A DNA stretch of 51,217 bases, filler included, from Catajapyx aquilonaris (lineage: Eukaryota): assembly GCA_000934665.2 (NCBI GenBank). It is 3 parts of 3 records of this genome, joined end to end, with 100 filler letters (N's around TTAATTAATTAA, not from the genome) between each part and the next. Parts side by side here need not be neighbours in the genome. Positions count along the whole stretch, not along the records: positions 17,088 to 34,073 come from JYFJ02007061.1; positions 34,174 to 51,217 come from KZ539634.1; 1 more part is not named here. The stretch is one strand, 5' to 3'. The stretch's first letter is position 1, and every line of letters begins with the position of its first letter. Both the position numbers and the translations under genes were made by a program. The notes beneath the pieces are model-generated. The model worked only from the letters and a program-made list of their open reading frames with translations. It was not told where the DNA came from and did no database searches. This document shows positions 23,701 to 35,033 of the stretch, piece by piece.

Positions 23701-26700
23701 GCTTGATTTGCATACCATACCACGATCCTGGTCTCCAAGTGAGACACCCCAATCCCTTGTCCTGTCACATTATTTGTTTTCATATGCATGTAAAGAGACA
23801 ATTCAAATTTTTAAGCCAATAAATTATTCCCTTTATCAGGAAACATGATTGTGTAAAGTGAAAAAATCTCACAGCTACATTTCATGCATTTTATAGTGTG
23901 TCTACACATAAATAATTATTATTTGGGTGCCTTGCAGAGATACCCATCCATTGGGAAGTCTAAACAAGGCTCAACGAAGGTGGTGGTTGTATGATAAGAT
24001 AGGTACAAAACTGTGCACGTTGTACCCCGACATGCTTTGGGAGACACCAGAGGAAGGTGGCAGTACAAGGAAAGTTTATGTAAGCAAGCAGAATTTCTTC
24101 TGTTTTTGTTATTGGGTGAAGAGAGAAAAGGACAGAGACATGAGAAGGATGTATCAATGAAAAAGAAATTAAATTTTTATGATACATATCTTCAGTAGTA
24201 AAAAAACATTGCAACTTGCATTACTTGATCATTGCACTTGTTGCAGACCACTTTCATGCACCGCCTGTCAGACATGGTTAAGGCACCCAGGAAAAGGACA
24301 AAGGATCCTGTAAGAAAATCTGTGGAAAGTAATGCGAGGGAAGGTTCTCATGATGAAGTGCCTGATCCCTCCACTACCATGCAGCCAGCAGGCATTGATG
24401 TAGAAGAAGCTCTCAGCGAGTTAGAGGTATATCTGTGCATCTCCTTTATGTGGAATATTTATTATACAGGGTGAATGCTGTAACTTTGGCAAAAATCACA
24501 GGGTGGGTAGTGTTGACCAAGACAAGTATTTTTGACATAGGAACCCATGTCCGGAAATTCCCCCCGTACGGGGGTACGGCTGTTTCCCGCACAATATTTG
24601 GATGCAGCCAAAGGCCTGAACAACAATCGTTGTTTGGCTGTTTACATAGAATTCAAGATCCCAACACAATGACGCATGGTAATAAAATTGTGTCATCCAT
24701 TAGTTCCATCTTTCATGACTAAAATCTGTGTAACAGAGTTGGCTGACCTTGATCTAATAAAATCCTACGTTCGGCACTTGACACTCGAAATTGTCCACCT
24801 TCACATGTCCTTCACACGCGACATACATGATGAACGCAAGTTTCGAGTACGGTGGGTTGCCTATCCACCAGGCGCAACTAGAGACCCTTAAAGAAGAGAG
24901 TCGCCAACTTGTTATGTAAGGTCGTCTCTGATTCATTGGTGTCATTCTTACTCCAGGAAATCAGAGACGACAGTTTTTGGAGTGTTGACGTGCTTTAAGC
25001 GGGTTGGGATCTTGAATTGCTATGTAAACAGCCAAACAACGATTGTTGTTCAGGCCCTTGGCTGCATCCAAATATTGTGCGGGAAACGGCCGTACCCCCG
25101 TACGGGGGCATTTCCGGACATGGGTTCCTATGTCAAAAATACTTGTCTTGGTCTACACTACCCACCCTGTGATTTTTGCCAAAGTTACAGTATTCACCCT
25201 GTATATTGAAATCCACTACAGCACGAGCATAATATGCAGTATATACAGGGTGTTCCTGAATGGACCAGTCAGTCCTGTACCCGTGGCTTAATTGTCACAA
25301 GAGTATCATGTTATGTGTAGAGGAGCAATTATGTCTGGGCAGCCTCATTACTGAGATAATTGTCTTCAAACTACAAGTACAGAGTATTTTGCTGTGATAT
25401 ATAGTATTTTATGCTGCTATTTGACAATCACTCTTTGGTCCAATCGCTAAATCGCAAATGATCAATTATCTAAGTAATGAGGCTGCCCAGACATAATGAC
25501 TCCTCTACATAACATGATCCTCTGGTGACAATTAAGCCACGGGTATGCAGGACTGGCTGGTCTATTCAGGAACACCCTGTATATACAGGGTGTAAATGAA
25601 TTCAGCCGACAAACTTGTAGGGGTGATAGAGGGGACCAAGACAAACATATTTGACATAGGAAACCATGTCCGGAAACGCCATCTAGAGGGGGTTCATAGA
25701 CAAGGAACGGGTGCGCTCAGACGCGTCATGCGAGAGGTGCTAGGTGAGCGGATTGTTTTGTTGATAGATGGCGCTCGGATAGTAACCAACGATGCGATGG
25801 CCATAACGTGGCAACAACAGAGCCACCTAGCAAGTAAAGTCAGCATGCTAGGTAGCGCGCAGATAATAAACAACAACTCTGTTGTTGCCAGGTTATGGCG
25901 AAGTGCCCAAAGTTGTGAACAATCCACCCGCCACCTAGCAACTAAATGGTCCGCTCGCTAACGCCGCCAGCCTGAAGCGTCTGAGCGCACCCGTTCCGGA
26001 CACGGTTTCCTATGTCGAATATGTTTGTCTTGGTCCCCTCCGTCACCCCTACAAGTTTGTTGGCTGAATTCATTTACACCCTGTATAGTGAGCCTTGTGC
26101 ATGGGTGATATATTGACAGTGTCTTATTCTTTCATATCATTAGCGAGGCAGGAGAACATGCTGATGTGGACCCAGCGTGGGTGAAAACACTGTTGGTGGC
26201 TACATATTCTGTGCGGAAAAAAAAGGATAACACAGTTTTACCTGAACTGCTGAAGAATGCTGAGTTTGTAAGTATCAGTATTTGTTGTCGTCATGACTTA
26301 CATCCTAGGAATTTGTATACACACTGTTTAGTCATGAATTTTACATATACTATATAAATATATACCCATGACATGGCAGATTTAATTAGTTAATTAATAA
26401 TAATTGATAATAATTGATTGGGTATACGGCTAGCCCCAGAGGGGCCTTCTGCCAGACCTTTATTTCGATGTTATACAATTTTGGGAATCCTATTTTTTGA
26501 AGCGCCCGGGCCCACGGGCAGGATGACAGGATGTGCAAAGTGCAGTGAATCTGACGCTGTGGCCATTTTTAGTGAACTCCCCCGGGTGGTTTAGTCTGTA
26601 GGATATACCACCCGAGACGAAGCCAGAGGTGACCCTGAACTCTGCACGAGATGAAGGGGGTGTCCCCGGGCTGGGATCGAACCCGGGACCTTAACATTCG

Positions 26701-27965
26701 TGGGCGCACGTTACCGCGCCGCCACTCCGTCTCCCTGCTAATTACTTAATTATGAATATTCTTTCTCTCTCTCTATACAGGGTGTTTACGACCTACCTTT
26801 ACAAACTTCCAGGGGTAATAGAGGGGACCAAGACAAACATTTTTGACATAGGAAACCGTGTCCGGAAATGCCATCTAGAGGGGGTTCATAGACGAGGAAC
26901 GGGTGCGCTCAGACGCGTCACGCGAGAGGCGCAAGTCGAGCGGACTGTTTTGTTGATAGATGGCGCGCAGTTGTTGCCAGGTTATGGCGTATCGCGTCGT
27001 CGTAAGTAAACAACAACGCGATACGCCATAACCAAAGCTGAAAAGTGGTGGAATTCATGTTTATATGTACGGTTGAGCTATTTCTGTACAAATTACCCAA
27101 ATCCCAGGCCAAGGCTAGGATCCCATTGTATGTACTTTTAGTTATAAGGAAATTTTGCTAGAAGCTTTTTTTAAACCCTGGATTGTTTCACCCTGACCAG
27201 ATGCTTAATTATAGAGAAACAGCTCGCACCGCCTGGGAGCCATGAGGCACCTGGATTAGGGCACGACTTAGCTACACAAAATGAACTAATTTGAGTGATA
27301 TTAATGATAACTATCAATAAAAAATGACCCAGGATTGATTTTGGTGCAAGAGCCACAGAGGCTATCTATGCTAAACATATGTTACGTTCTCGGGCATGGT
27401 AGGCATTTCATATGAATGCTAAGTTCTAAGTAAGTACTATCTAATCATCTGACCACCAGCACGCAGAGTTCTCATCCAGAAGCACCACCAAACTATTTTG
27501 ATCATGGCACAGCTAAAATCACATGGGATAAATAAAGCTGGGAATATCATGTTGGATTTAGTGTCATTTTTTATTTGATCAGATAAAAAAAAGAGTCAGT
27601 GGTTTTTGGATGCATATTTTATTTGTAGTAATGGTGAATTTTATTAAAAGGAAAACTACGAAATGCAAGCACCGGAAAAAAATATGTCAATGAGAACTGC
27701 TGGAGACTCTCATAAGGATGCTGCAACTTCAGATGTGGGAATGACAAGGAAGAAGACACCAAGGAAGAAGACGGCAAACAAGAAGAAGCCAGGATCAGTC
27801 CATACTCCAGAGAAGCAGAGGTTGACTGGTCATGCAAAAGTTTCACCTGTTGATAGGCCATACCCATGCAGTGATTGTGATAAGAGGTATACTACAAAGG
27901 GGGGGTTAAACGGACATTACAAGGATGTCCATCTTGGTGTGAGGCCTTACTCATGTGACATGTGA
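17740..27965 (+). CDS. C2H2 zinc-finger nuclear protein gene, copy 1 (5' exons missing at the scaffold edge, second finger broken)
   Basis: Phase-compatible exons 17740-17845, 19848-19960, 20250-20384, 20845-20988 and 27651-27965. The product is acidic/Ser-rich with basic clusters (RRKRTRRK, KRRRKKQKGK). It has one finger, RPYPCSDCDKRYTTKGGLNGHYKDVH, then LGVRPYSCDM-stop. The link to the last exon is inferred. Confidence 0.68.
17997..19038. mobile_element. MITE with ~105-bp TIRs; the right TIR is interrupted by a smaller MITE
   Basis: ~17997-18103 is the reverse complement of ~18794-18891 plus 19031-19038. The interior includes 18363-18615, homologous to ~29389-29865. Confidence 0.75.
18892..19027. 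mobile_element. 136-bp palindromic MITE (PIF/Harbinger-like)
   Basis: GGGCCGTTTTCTCGAACAGTGGTTCAAATGTAAACC and its reverse complement, with a 3-bp ATA duplication. The empty site is visible in the other TIR of the host element. Confidence 0.8.
21421..21584. mobile_element. Palindromic MITE, PIF/Harbinger-like
   Basis: AGGCCCATTCACACAGGCC...GGCCTGTGTAAATGGGCCT flanked by TTA. Confidence 0.8.
21740..22536 (+). mobile_element. CACTA/EnSpm (CMC) transposase C-terminal remnant
   Basis: ITPKLHMLLHLPKQIFNHGPARHHWTMRFEGKN..NFRNVTFSVAEHMQ is characteristic of animal EnSpm-type transposases. The catalytic N-terminal part is absent. Confidence 0.82.
24467..25201. mobile_element. Tc1/mariner-type MITE A
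   Basis: TA-CAGGGTGAAT...ATTCACCCTG-TA with ~200-bp TIRs. Confidence 0.88.
25246..25579. mobile_element. Tc1/mariner-type MITE B
   Basis: TA-CAGGGTGTTCCTGAAT...ATTCAGGAACACCCTG-TA with ~115-bp TIRs. Confidence 0.88.
25586..26083. mobile_element. Tc1/mariner-type MITE C (a truncated relative lies at ~26778-27030)
   Basis: TA-CAGGGTGTAAATGAATTCAGCC...GGCTGAATTCATTTACACCCTG-TA. It shares ACCAAGACAA..TTTGACATAGGAA.C with MITE A and with the copy at 26778. Confidence 0.88.
26396..26736 (-). mobile_element. tRNA-derived SINE, third family
   Basis: Minus-strand head GGGAGACGGAGTGGCGGCGCGGTAA with B box GGTTCGATCCC, an AT-rich tail, and an approximate TSD TAATTA(G/C)TTAATTA. Confidence 0.65.
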
Positions 27966-28237
27966 CAAAAGGTTATCGTGACCTCCTCACCGCACCATGG
28001 CCCTAAGAAGACCAGTGTTACTGTTTTTGAATTTAAAAAATATGCACAATGACTTATGAAACTACCCGCGTAATTATTATGATCATGTCTTTACATGCAA
28101 AAACAAGTGTTATTACCTGTGCATGAAAGTGTTAAGGTGCATTTACATGTGAGCAATTTGAAGAGTGAAGCGGATCGAAATCTTTGCTGAGGCTGAGTAA
28201 ACCAAGTAACCAATATTGTTTGAGTCTACCATCAATT

Positions 28238-28538
28238 GAAGCCCTTTTGGCGAAAAGGGCACATGTCACGCTTTTGGAACATTCGAGTTATCATCACTAA
28301 ATGGCAAAGGGGATTGTTTCAGAGGTCCTGAGAAAAGTGTACATCAAAAGGAACATTTGTCACAGCTGAAAATGAGGTTTGAAGATTAGGCTGTTTTGTA
28401 ACAAGGGCACATGTCACGTGAGCCGGATTGCATATTATCGGCATAAGGGGCACTTGTCATTTACCAAGCTGTGCGTTTGTCTCGATTTTCTCAATTCCAG
28501 TTCCTCCTGACATGTGCCCTATTTGCCAAAAGGGCTTC
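28238..28538. mobile_element. Sola-like MITE nested in a small palindromic element (~28141-28593; an uninterrupted relative lies at ~17528-17667)
   Basis: AATT-GAAGCCCTTTTGGC.AA.AGGGCACATGTCA...TGACATGTGCCCT.TT.GCCAAAAGGGCTTC-AATT. Confidence 0.8.
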
Positions 28539-29039
28539 AATTGTTAATTTCAGCCTATAAGAAGAGTTCGCTCTTCAAATAGCTCACATGTAGATCATGA
28601 TTGCAGACAACTGCACAACTTTGTTGTCAGAGTTGCTACCTCCTTGGCCTGTGTGGTACAATAGAGATTGGGTGGAAACTTCATCCCACTGCTAGTTACT
28701 GATGCTAACTACTTAGCAGTACAGTACCAGTGTTGGCATTGGCACTGCTATAATAAGCTAGCAGTAACTTGCAGTGGGACGAAAATTCCCCCCATTGTCT
28801 CCAAATTTCGAGAAGACTGAAAATTCATAAATCATACTACTGTACCTAGACCGGGTAGAATGGTAGAAGAAGCCTGGTGCACAGTGCACACTATTTTGTA
28901 ATTTCTGTAAAATTATGTCAAGTGACATGAAATAAAATCACATGTGTTGCAAATGTGTGTCTCAGATCTCCAGGTCATCCAGGCTACAGAGCATGATTGT
29001 ATTGGCAACAATGGAAAAGTGGGAGCCTTTTTACGGAAC

Positions 29040-30274
29040 AGGACAAGTTTCAGGCATATTGCTCGATACCGTGATGAGGGGAAAAAATCGCAAATATCTG
29101 GAAATGACTGAAAATAAGGCCTTTCTTTGGAGATTTTTTTTTTTTTCGGTTAGTGGAAGTGGTCAAAACCCAATGAACATGTATATCAAAAATGTGTGTA
29201 TGGAATTTATTTTCCTCTAAAATGTAAATATAAAATAAAAAGAGGTTTTTGAGATATACTGTGTTTACTAATAGATAGTCCATTAGTAAATGCAGTATAT
29301 CTCTGAAACTGAGCCTTACAGCAGAAAATATTCCAAGTGCAGATTTGGAATCAGGGCGAAAAGTTCTGTAAGAATCACAATAAATTAACGGTATATCTGC
29401 AAAACATACCTATTATTTTCTCGCGAACCATGCATGACCCAGTCATCAAACTTAACATACTGAACCTTAGATCGGTCACCACTAGTGTCACCAAATGTGA
29501 CTGATGTAATGCAAATACATCACTAATTGTTGAGGTCACGGTTCTTGGGCATGTGACTGAGTAAGTGACCTTTATAATTGATATTTAAGGAGGTTGGCCC
29601 AGCATTGCCTTTCAACCTCCCAGGATAGGGAAGGAAGGAAGCGGCTGTGGCCTATTATACGGAAGCGACAGAAGCTCATGGTTGCCGGCCCCGGGATTTG
29701 AACCCGGGACCTCCCGATTAGCAGTCGAACGCCTTATCCTCCATGCCAACCTGCTTCGGTTGAGCAAGTGACCAGTTAAATGCTATAAAAATTTATTTTT
29801 ACAATTAAGAGGAAAAGCAATTCCATAGGCCCATTTTCCTGGTGTTTCTCTTTCTTTTGATATATTATGTTCATTGGGCTCTGACCACTCCCACTAAATC
29901 GAGAAAAAAAAATCCAAAAAAGGCCTCATTTTCACCCATTTCCAGATGTTTGCAATTTTTTCCCCTCATCATGGTATTGAGCAATATGTCTGAAACTTTA
30001 TTTAGCAGCTTTAAGGAATTAAGTGAGTACATCTCTGATTATTTTCACCAAGATCCGAGGTGGTCTATAGCTACATTTAGGCCCACCTTATTCCGAAAGA
30101 CCCCTAGTAAACCGTTCCAAATTTTAAAACGATATAAGCTCAAAAGAGGTACGTGATAGAGTCATGCTGAGCTGATATTCGGATTCAGCGCAGAAATTAC
30201 AATAGGAATCACTATAATTCACGTCTTCAAGAGAAGAGAAAAAAGAGTTTTTTTTTTTTTTTTGCAGAACAGTG
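29040..30274. mobile_element. Non-autonomous CMC/Chapaev-like element related to 4216-5374 (left end not found)
   Basis: ~29046-29180 and ~29866-29998 are inverted relative to each other. It shares TTCGGTTA.TGGAAGTGGTCAAAACCCAA with ~4547-4575. The right end is ..TTTGCAGAACAGTG. Confidence 0.65.
29571..29760 (-). mobile_element. tRNA-derived SINE family A, copy 3 (internally deleted)
   Basis: Head ACCGAAGCAGGTTGG, B box GGTTCAAATCC, TSD TGAG(T/C)AAGTGACC. The homologous region at ~18526-18535 lacks the insertion. Confidence 0.8.
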
Positions 30275-30479
30275 TCATCAGCCAGCCTAGTTTTTTTTTA
30301 AAGGCTGACAAAGTCAGGATGTCTACATTGCCCAACTTCATATTGCGAAGACGTCAAAGAAAATAAAAGAATTAAGACAGTCTCGAATAATTGGTTTTTG
30401 TAAATTGAATTCATTTACGCTATCAGCGATATTAGTTCTTTACAGTTGCTTACCGGCTTACCCCACAGCTACGCTATTT

Positions 30480-30677
30480 TCTCCCAATCCAATATGGCGC
30501 CTTTGTCACGCTAAAATTGAGCGTCTTTTCCAGAGATTTATCTGTTTTTGGGTCGGGTTGGGTCCGGCTTGAGGGTAGGACCGGGTCGGGTCGAAGCAGA
30601 GGGTCTGTCCTTCGTGCCCAGAGGACTAGAGGAACAATCTGTGGCCCCCCGTGGACCCCCAGTGGAGGAAGGAGAAG
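30480..30677 (+). promoter_or_regulatory. Putative promoter/5' UTR of zinc-finger gene copy 2
   Basis: CCAATCCAATATGGCG (CCAAT overlapping an ATGGCG YY1/Pho-like core), followed by a GC/CpG-rich stretch leading to the ATG. Confidence 0.35.
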
Positions 30678-33408
30678 ATGTCGTCCCCCACCGCCGAGGA
30701 GAGGAACCCTCCTCCCCTCCACCTGGAGGCCCGCCTGGAAGGGATCGTGTCCCGCCTGGTCTCCCTGGAGGGGGACATGGCTGCCCTGAGGGAGTGGGCC
30801 AGGGGCTGCGGAGGGTGTGGGGCTGGACGGGGTGGGTTGCTAGGGGAGACCACCCTTAGAATGATGTAAACACTCTCTGGGATGTGCTTCTTTCTCCTCT
30901 TCAGCTGCAGGCCAAGGCCATCCAGGCCACCCTCCTCCTGAAGGCCTCTCTCCTTCAGGCGGGGCTGGAGACTCAGGGGGCAGCATCAAGACAGAGTGGG
31001 GCCACTGCAAGGAGGAGGAGGAGGTCACGGTGGAGGAGGAAGGCCCGCAAGGAATTATTGGCGGTTGGGTGAGGATGCCTGCTGGAATTGCATAGAGCCA
31101 CGTTTATATGTGAACGATTTGATCAGCGATGTTGCAGCTACAACAGAAATGAGCAAAAGTAACAATGGAGGTAACAATATATTTACGCCCCAAACAATTT
31201 GTCTCATTCCTCAGAGATGTCATCGCTGATAAAATCACTCATGCATGTAAACACAGCTTAAGGTGGCGCAATAAAGTGGGCTCTACACACAGTCGATCCG
31301 ACTCCGACTCTCTCCTCTTCGGAGGCATTGGACGCCCTTTAAAGACAGACGTCTGCTGTTCAATGTCCGAAGTCCAATGTTTGATGTTCGAAAAGTCCAT
31401 TTGTATAACATGGCAGCAGAAATCGCGTGAAAATCGGACAAATTTTTGTGGATGTACGTCCACAATGTGTAATGCAATCATGTCGCGTATGGGATCATTG
31501 TAAAGGCCAAACCTTTGCACAGGTGCCCTAGTTCGTGGTTCTGCAGATTAATGCCGCGTTTCGCCACAAAAAAATTAAGACCCTAAAAAATGCGCCTACC
31601 GTATTCTTCCTACTGCGCCGCCTTAAGGCTGATATTAATTATTGTTAGTTGGACAGTAACATGTTTCCCCCTTGTCATGGCAGCGTCAAGACTTGGAAGC
31701 CAACGAAGCCATAATATCCAGAAACATCAGTGAAATTGCTGCTCTCTTGAGTGGTTCTGACGCTGAAGATGCCAGTTTGGCAATTGCAGGTATGATATAC
31801 AGTAAAACTTCTAAAAGCCGAATCTCCATGGGACTGGAACAAAACTTCGAGTTTTAGAAGATTCGAGTTAGGGCCGGTTGCACCAGTCACGGTATATGGA
31901 AAACGGCGGGTTTTGACTCCGGTATACCGCGAGAAGTGTTGCGCCACCTACGGTTGTTCTAAAACGGCCCGTTCTCCCTCCCATTTACCATTTACCGCCG
32001 GATCCATCTACCCGCCGATCCTGCAGCACAAGTTGCTTATACCGCGGGTTTATGGTGTCGTCATGGTTGCGGACTGGTGCTTGGGATTTTGTGTATTGTG
32101 TGACACCAGGTGGCAACCCTGCCACATAGTTGCCGTAGATACGAGACGACTAGCCATACTTCCATGACGTCACGGATTGTGTCACGGGTGCTGCGATCCA
32201 ATCAGGGCTCTCCAAAATTTTTGCCCGCTTACGTCTCTCATGAGCCAGCGTACTACCGAAAACGCCGCGTTTATCTGGACCTGTGCAACGCTATGGAATA
32301 AACCCGCGGTTTTTCATGGAATATACCGTGTACCCGCGGTGCAGGGTTCTTCCATATACCGTTCCATATACCGCGACTGGTGCAACCGGCCCTTAGAGAC
32401 GTTTGGAATTTTTAAAACACATAACTCTATAAGAAAACCTACCTTTATGTCCAGCGACAAAAGGTGTTCAAAACTTAAAAATAACTGTCACTATCACATT
32501 TACAATGTTCCTCTTTGTTTTGTTGTAAAAGAAATCTTTGTGATGGACATTTGCCTAAGACTCTTAGATTCAAGGATTCAATTGTCACAATCGAGTCAAA
32601 CACTTCTTTCGGTATGTCTGGTAGACGGAGATCAGGAAATTGAACCTTTCTGTGCATGTGGCCTACTCTCGACCCTTCGGCTGGGAAATGAGAAAATATT
32701 TTCCGTACTCGCCAACATGAACTTCGACTTAGGGAGACTGAAAATTCATTGAAATCCCATCATAAGGCCCTGCCTGCACTTCGAGTTATGGAGAACTTCA
32801 AGTTATAGAAATTCGAGTTAGGGAAGTTTATTTCCTATTACTATTATTCCTATTATTTAGTACAGTACTATGCCATTGCATTTTCACAGGTAGAGAAGGA
32901 GCCTCCACATCTGGATTTCCTCAAGAATCTTCCGGACTCTCCACACTTGCTGGAGGAAACTCTGAGCAGGAAGAAGAACTCGGAAGCAGAGATAATACTT
33001 TAGTACGTTTGCGAAATATTATTTTTGTTTCAAATGGATAATGGCAAGTATGGTGGGGAATCTGTTGGATGGCAATCGATATTGCAGTGGTCAGCTGCAG
33101 CATTTAATCATGTTCATTTACTTAAATGTTAGTGTTAAGAAATAACATGTGATGTCATGCGAACATGTTCCTGGAGGCCTGCACGCCAAAGATTGAAGAT
33201 TTCTCATATCTAGGCTCTCCCCATCACATTCTCAGGATGCACCTCTGGGCTGCAATATTATTCTATGTCGTAGGTCTCTGCTTCTGAAGACTCAAACAAA
33301 CCTAATCCGCATGAGGGTGACAGACTTCCACCCCCATCAGCTGACCCATCAATTGCTCAAGCAAGCAGACAAAGGAGGAGGATGAGGACAAGGAAGAAAC
33401 AAGTTTTG
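30678..33408 (+). CDS. Tandem paralogue of the zinc-finger gene, copy 2 (exons 1-5, 3' part beyond the scaffold end)
   Basis: Exons 30678-30831 (MSSPTAEE..LEARLEGIVSRLVSLEGDMAALRE, coiled-coil-like), 30905-31068 (..SIKTEWGHCKEEEEV..), 31684-31789, 32890-33002 and 33274-33408. All phases match, and the last three exons have the same lengths (106/113/135 nt) as in copy 1. Confidence 0.75.
31800..32832. mobile_element. pogo/Tigger-like MITE hosting a younger MITE
   Basis: TA-CAGTAAAACTTC left end, repeated TTCGAGTT motifs at both ends, and a degenerate GAAGTTTTA right end. It is absent from the corresponding intron of copy 1. Confidence 0.6.
31871..32392. mobile_element. PIF/Harbinger-like MITE
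   Basis: TTA-GGGCCGGTTGCACCAGTC.CGGTATATGGAA...TTCCATATACCG.GACTGGTGCAACCGGCCC-TTA. Confidence 0.85.
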
Positions 33409-34073
33409 GTAAGTAACATTCTGGCTGAAAACGGGAACATTTTCATATCAAGGTGCACGCCAGTGCACCCCGCCAAGTCATCACTCCACCTCGCTCCACA
33501 CCACACACACAGTCTACATTTCGACGTGAGATTCCGGAACCCACACTGTTTGGCTCAGGTCGGACGGTCGGTCGCCGGTTGGTCATGCGGCGTGAACCAA
33601 GTGGTGTGGCTTCCGGACTATATTTCAGAAACCACACCACCTCGCTTGAGGTCGCACTCGCACGGCCCGTGAGGCGGTTTCAGACCCCAGCCGCTGCCCC
33701 GCTGGTATAATAGGCCAAAGAAACTTCACATTTTCGCCCGGACATTACGGAATGAGCCGAAAAATGTAATACAAAACGACGCTGCAAAAGTGCATCAGGC
33801 TTGCAGGAACATGATCGTCTACAGTTCACATGAACAGAGTGACTATGAGAGTGACAGTGTAAAGGAGCAGCAACTTCACATTTTCCACAATATATGGCAT
33901 TCACACAATTTATTGAACGTGGCCATCGGGGTCAATGCTGTCAATAAGGGTGACAGTTAATATTGTTGTTGTTGTTGTTGTCGTCTTCGTTGTATAGACT
34001 GCATCACTGGCACCCTTCACTGGCCAGCATACTTCGATTTAACCAAGAGCTAATTGATTGCCGGGTTTACCCC

Positions 34074-34173
34074 NNNNNNNNNNNNNNNNNNNNNNNNNNN
34101 NNNNNNNNNNNNNNNNNTTAATTAATTAANNNNNNNNNNNNNNNNNNNNNNNNNNNNNNNNNNNNNNNNNNNN
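34074..34173. other. Artificial scaffold-joining linker N44-TTAATTAATTAA-N44
   Basis: Identical to 16988-17087. Confidence 0.95.
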
Positions 34174-34213
34174 AATGAAATAAAGTGCTGTACTACAAAT
34201 AATATTATTATAT

Positions 34214-34330
34214 TAAAATAATCTGATTATAATCAAAATAATCCGATTATAATCAAAATAATCCGATTATAATCAAAATAATCCGATTATTGGATTATTT
34301 TAAAATAATCATTGATTATTGCCAACCCTG
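34214..34330. repeat. 20-bp tandem repeat (AAAATAATCCGATTATAATC) ending in TTGCCAACCCTG, a likely hAT-like MITE end
   Basis: About 4 near-perfect units, then a CAGGG-type terminus on the minus strand. Confidence 0.55.
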
Positions 34331-35033
34331 ATTGCTATTGGTTGACTCACTTGGCTGGTGCCCAGTCTGTGCCCTTGATATATGCGCACCACATTTCAGG
34401 ACATTGAAAGAAAGTCGTACATTTTTGGTGCCTCACCAGTGGGGGGGAAGGTGACCTGCATACCACCCTCTGATCCAGAAGCTCTCACCATACCCTTCCA
34501 CCCTCCGACCTTGAACTTCCATATACCCCATAAAATGGTCTAATTTCATCCCTGCCTGGAGGTGAAAGTGGGGAATGGATCACAATGCTGCTCAAACAAT
34601 AACACAGGAACGTGTGAATTCTTGTTAGCAGACTTACATTTAGCCAAACAAAACTTAGCGGAAGCTAATTGGTCCGCTATCTGGTCCGCTATCGCGTTAC
34701 AAAGTTCGCTGAAAAACTAATCTGCTAGCCCAAAAGTTACTTCCTATTAGCGAATAGCAGTGATAATGGCCACCTCTGTTTGTAAGTAGGGCATTTCTCT
34801 CTGGGATGGCAGAGAGAAGGCATTAGTAGCATTTTCAAATCTTCATCTAATTTCTTAACAGGAGTAGTACAAGATGAGAAAATTATTAGGCATGAAAGTC
34901 GTCCACAAAATTTGATCCTGTACCAGTGTGTGTGTATGATTGGTTTCTCATTAACTTGCACCCATTTTAACCCTGTAGTGCCATTGAGCAAACAGTGTTG
35001 TATGACCAATTATTTAATAAAATAATACTCTTC

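Larger units (their letters stand above)
22742..26267 (+). pseudogene. Spliced second ORF, probably the CACTA accessory (TnpA-like) gene, partial and interrupted by MITEs
   Basis: AG/GT-bounded open exons ~22742-22890 (..QLPSFSVVLKPLLEG..RRELRQYI), ~23937-24078 (..LYDKIGTKLCTLYPDM..), ~24248-24426 (TTFMHRLSDMVKAPRKR..) and ~26144-26267 (..WVKTLLVATYSVRKK..). The first three are phase-compatible, and the ORF lies directly downstream of the transposase. Confidence 0.55.

Noticed and set aside
23090..23745. Possible decayed LINE endonuclease on the minus strand (RIVVWYAN.., GGGG..)
   Set aside because: Only faint motif resemblance across multiple frameshifts.
34351..34555. AG/GT-bounded minus-strand segment reading WKFKVGGWKGMV, reminiscent of the eukaryotic RdRP QIRxGGxKG motif downstream of the Dnmt1 exon
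   Set aside because: Every frame has a stop, no other RdRP motif (e.g. DxDGD) is visible, and the match is too short. An HMM search with the RdRP family would be needed.
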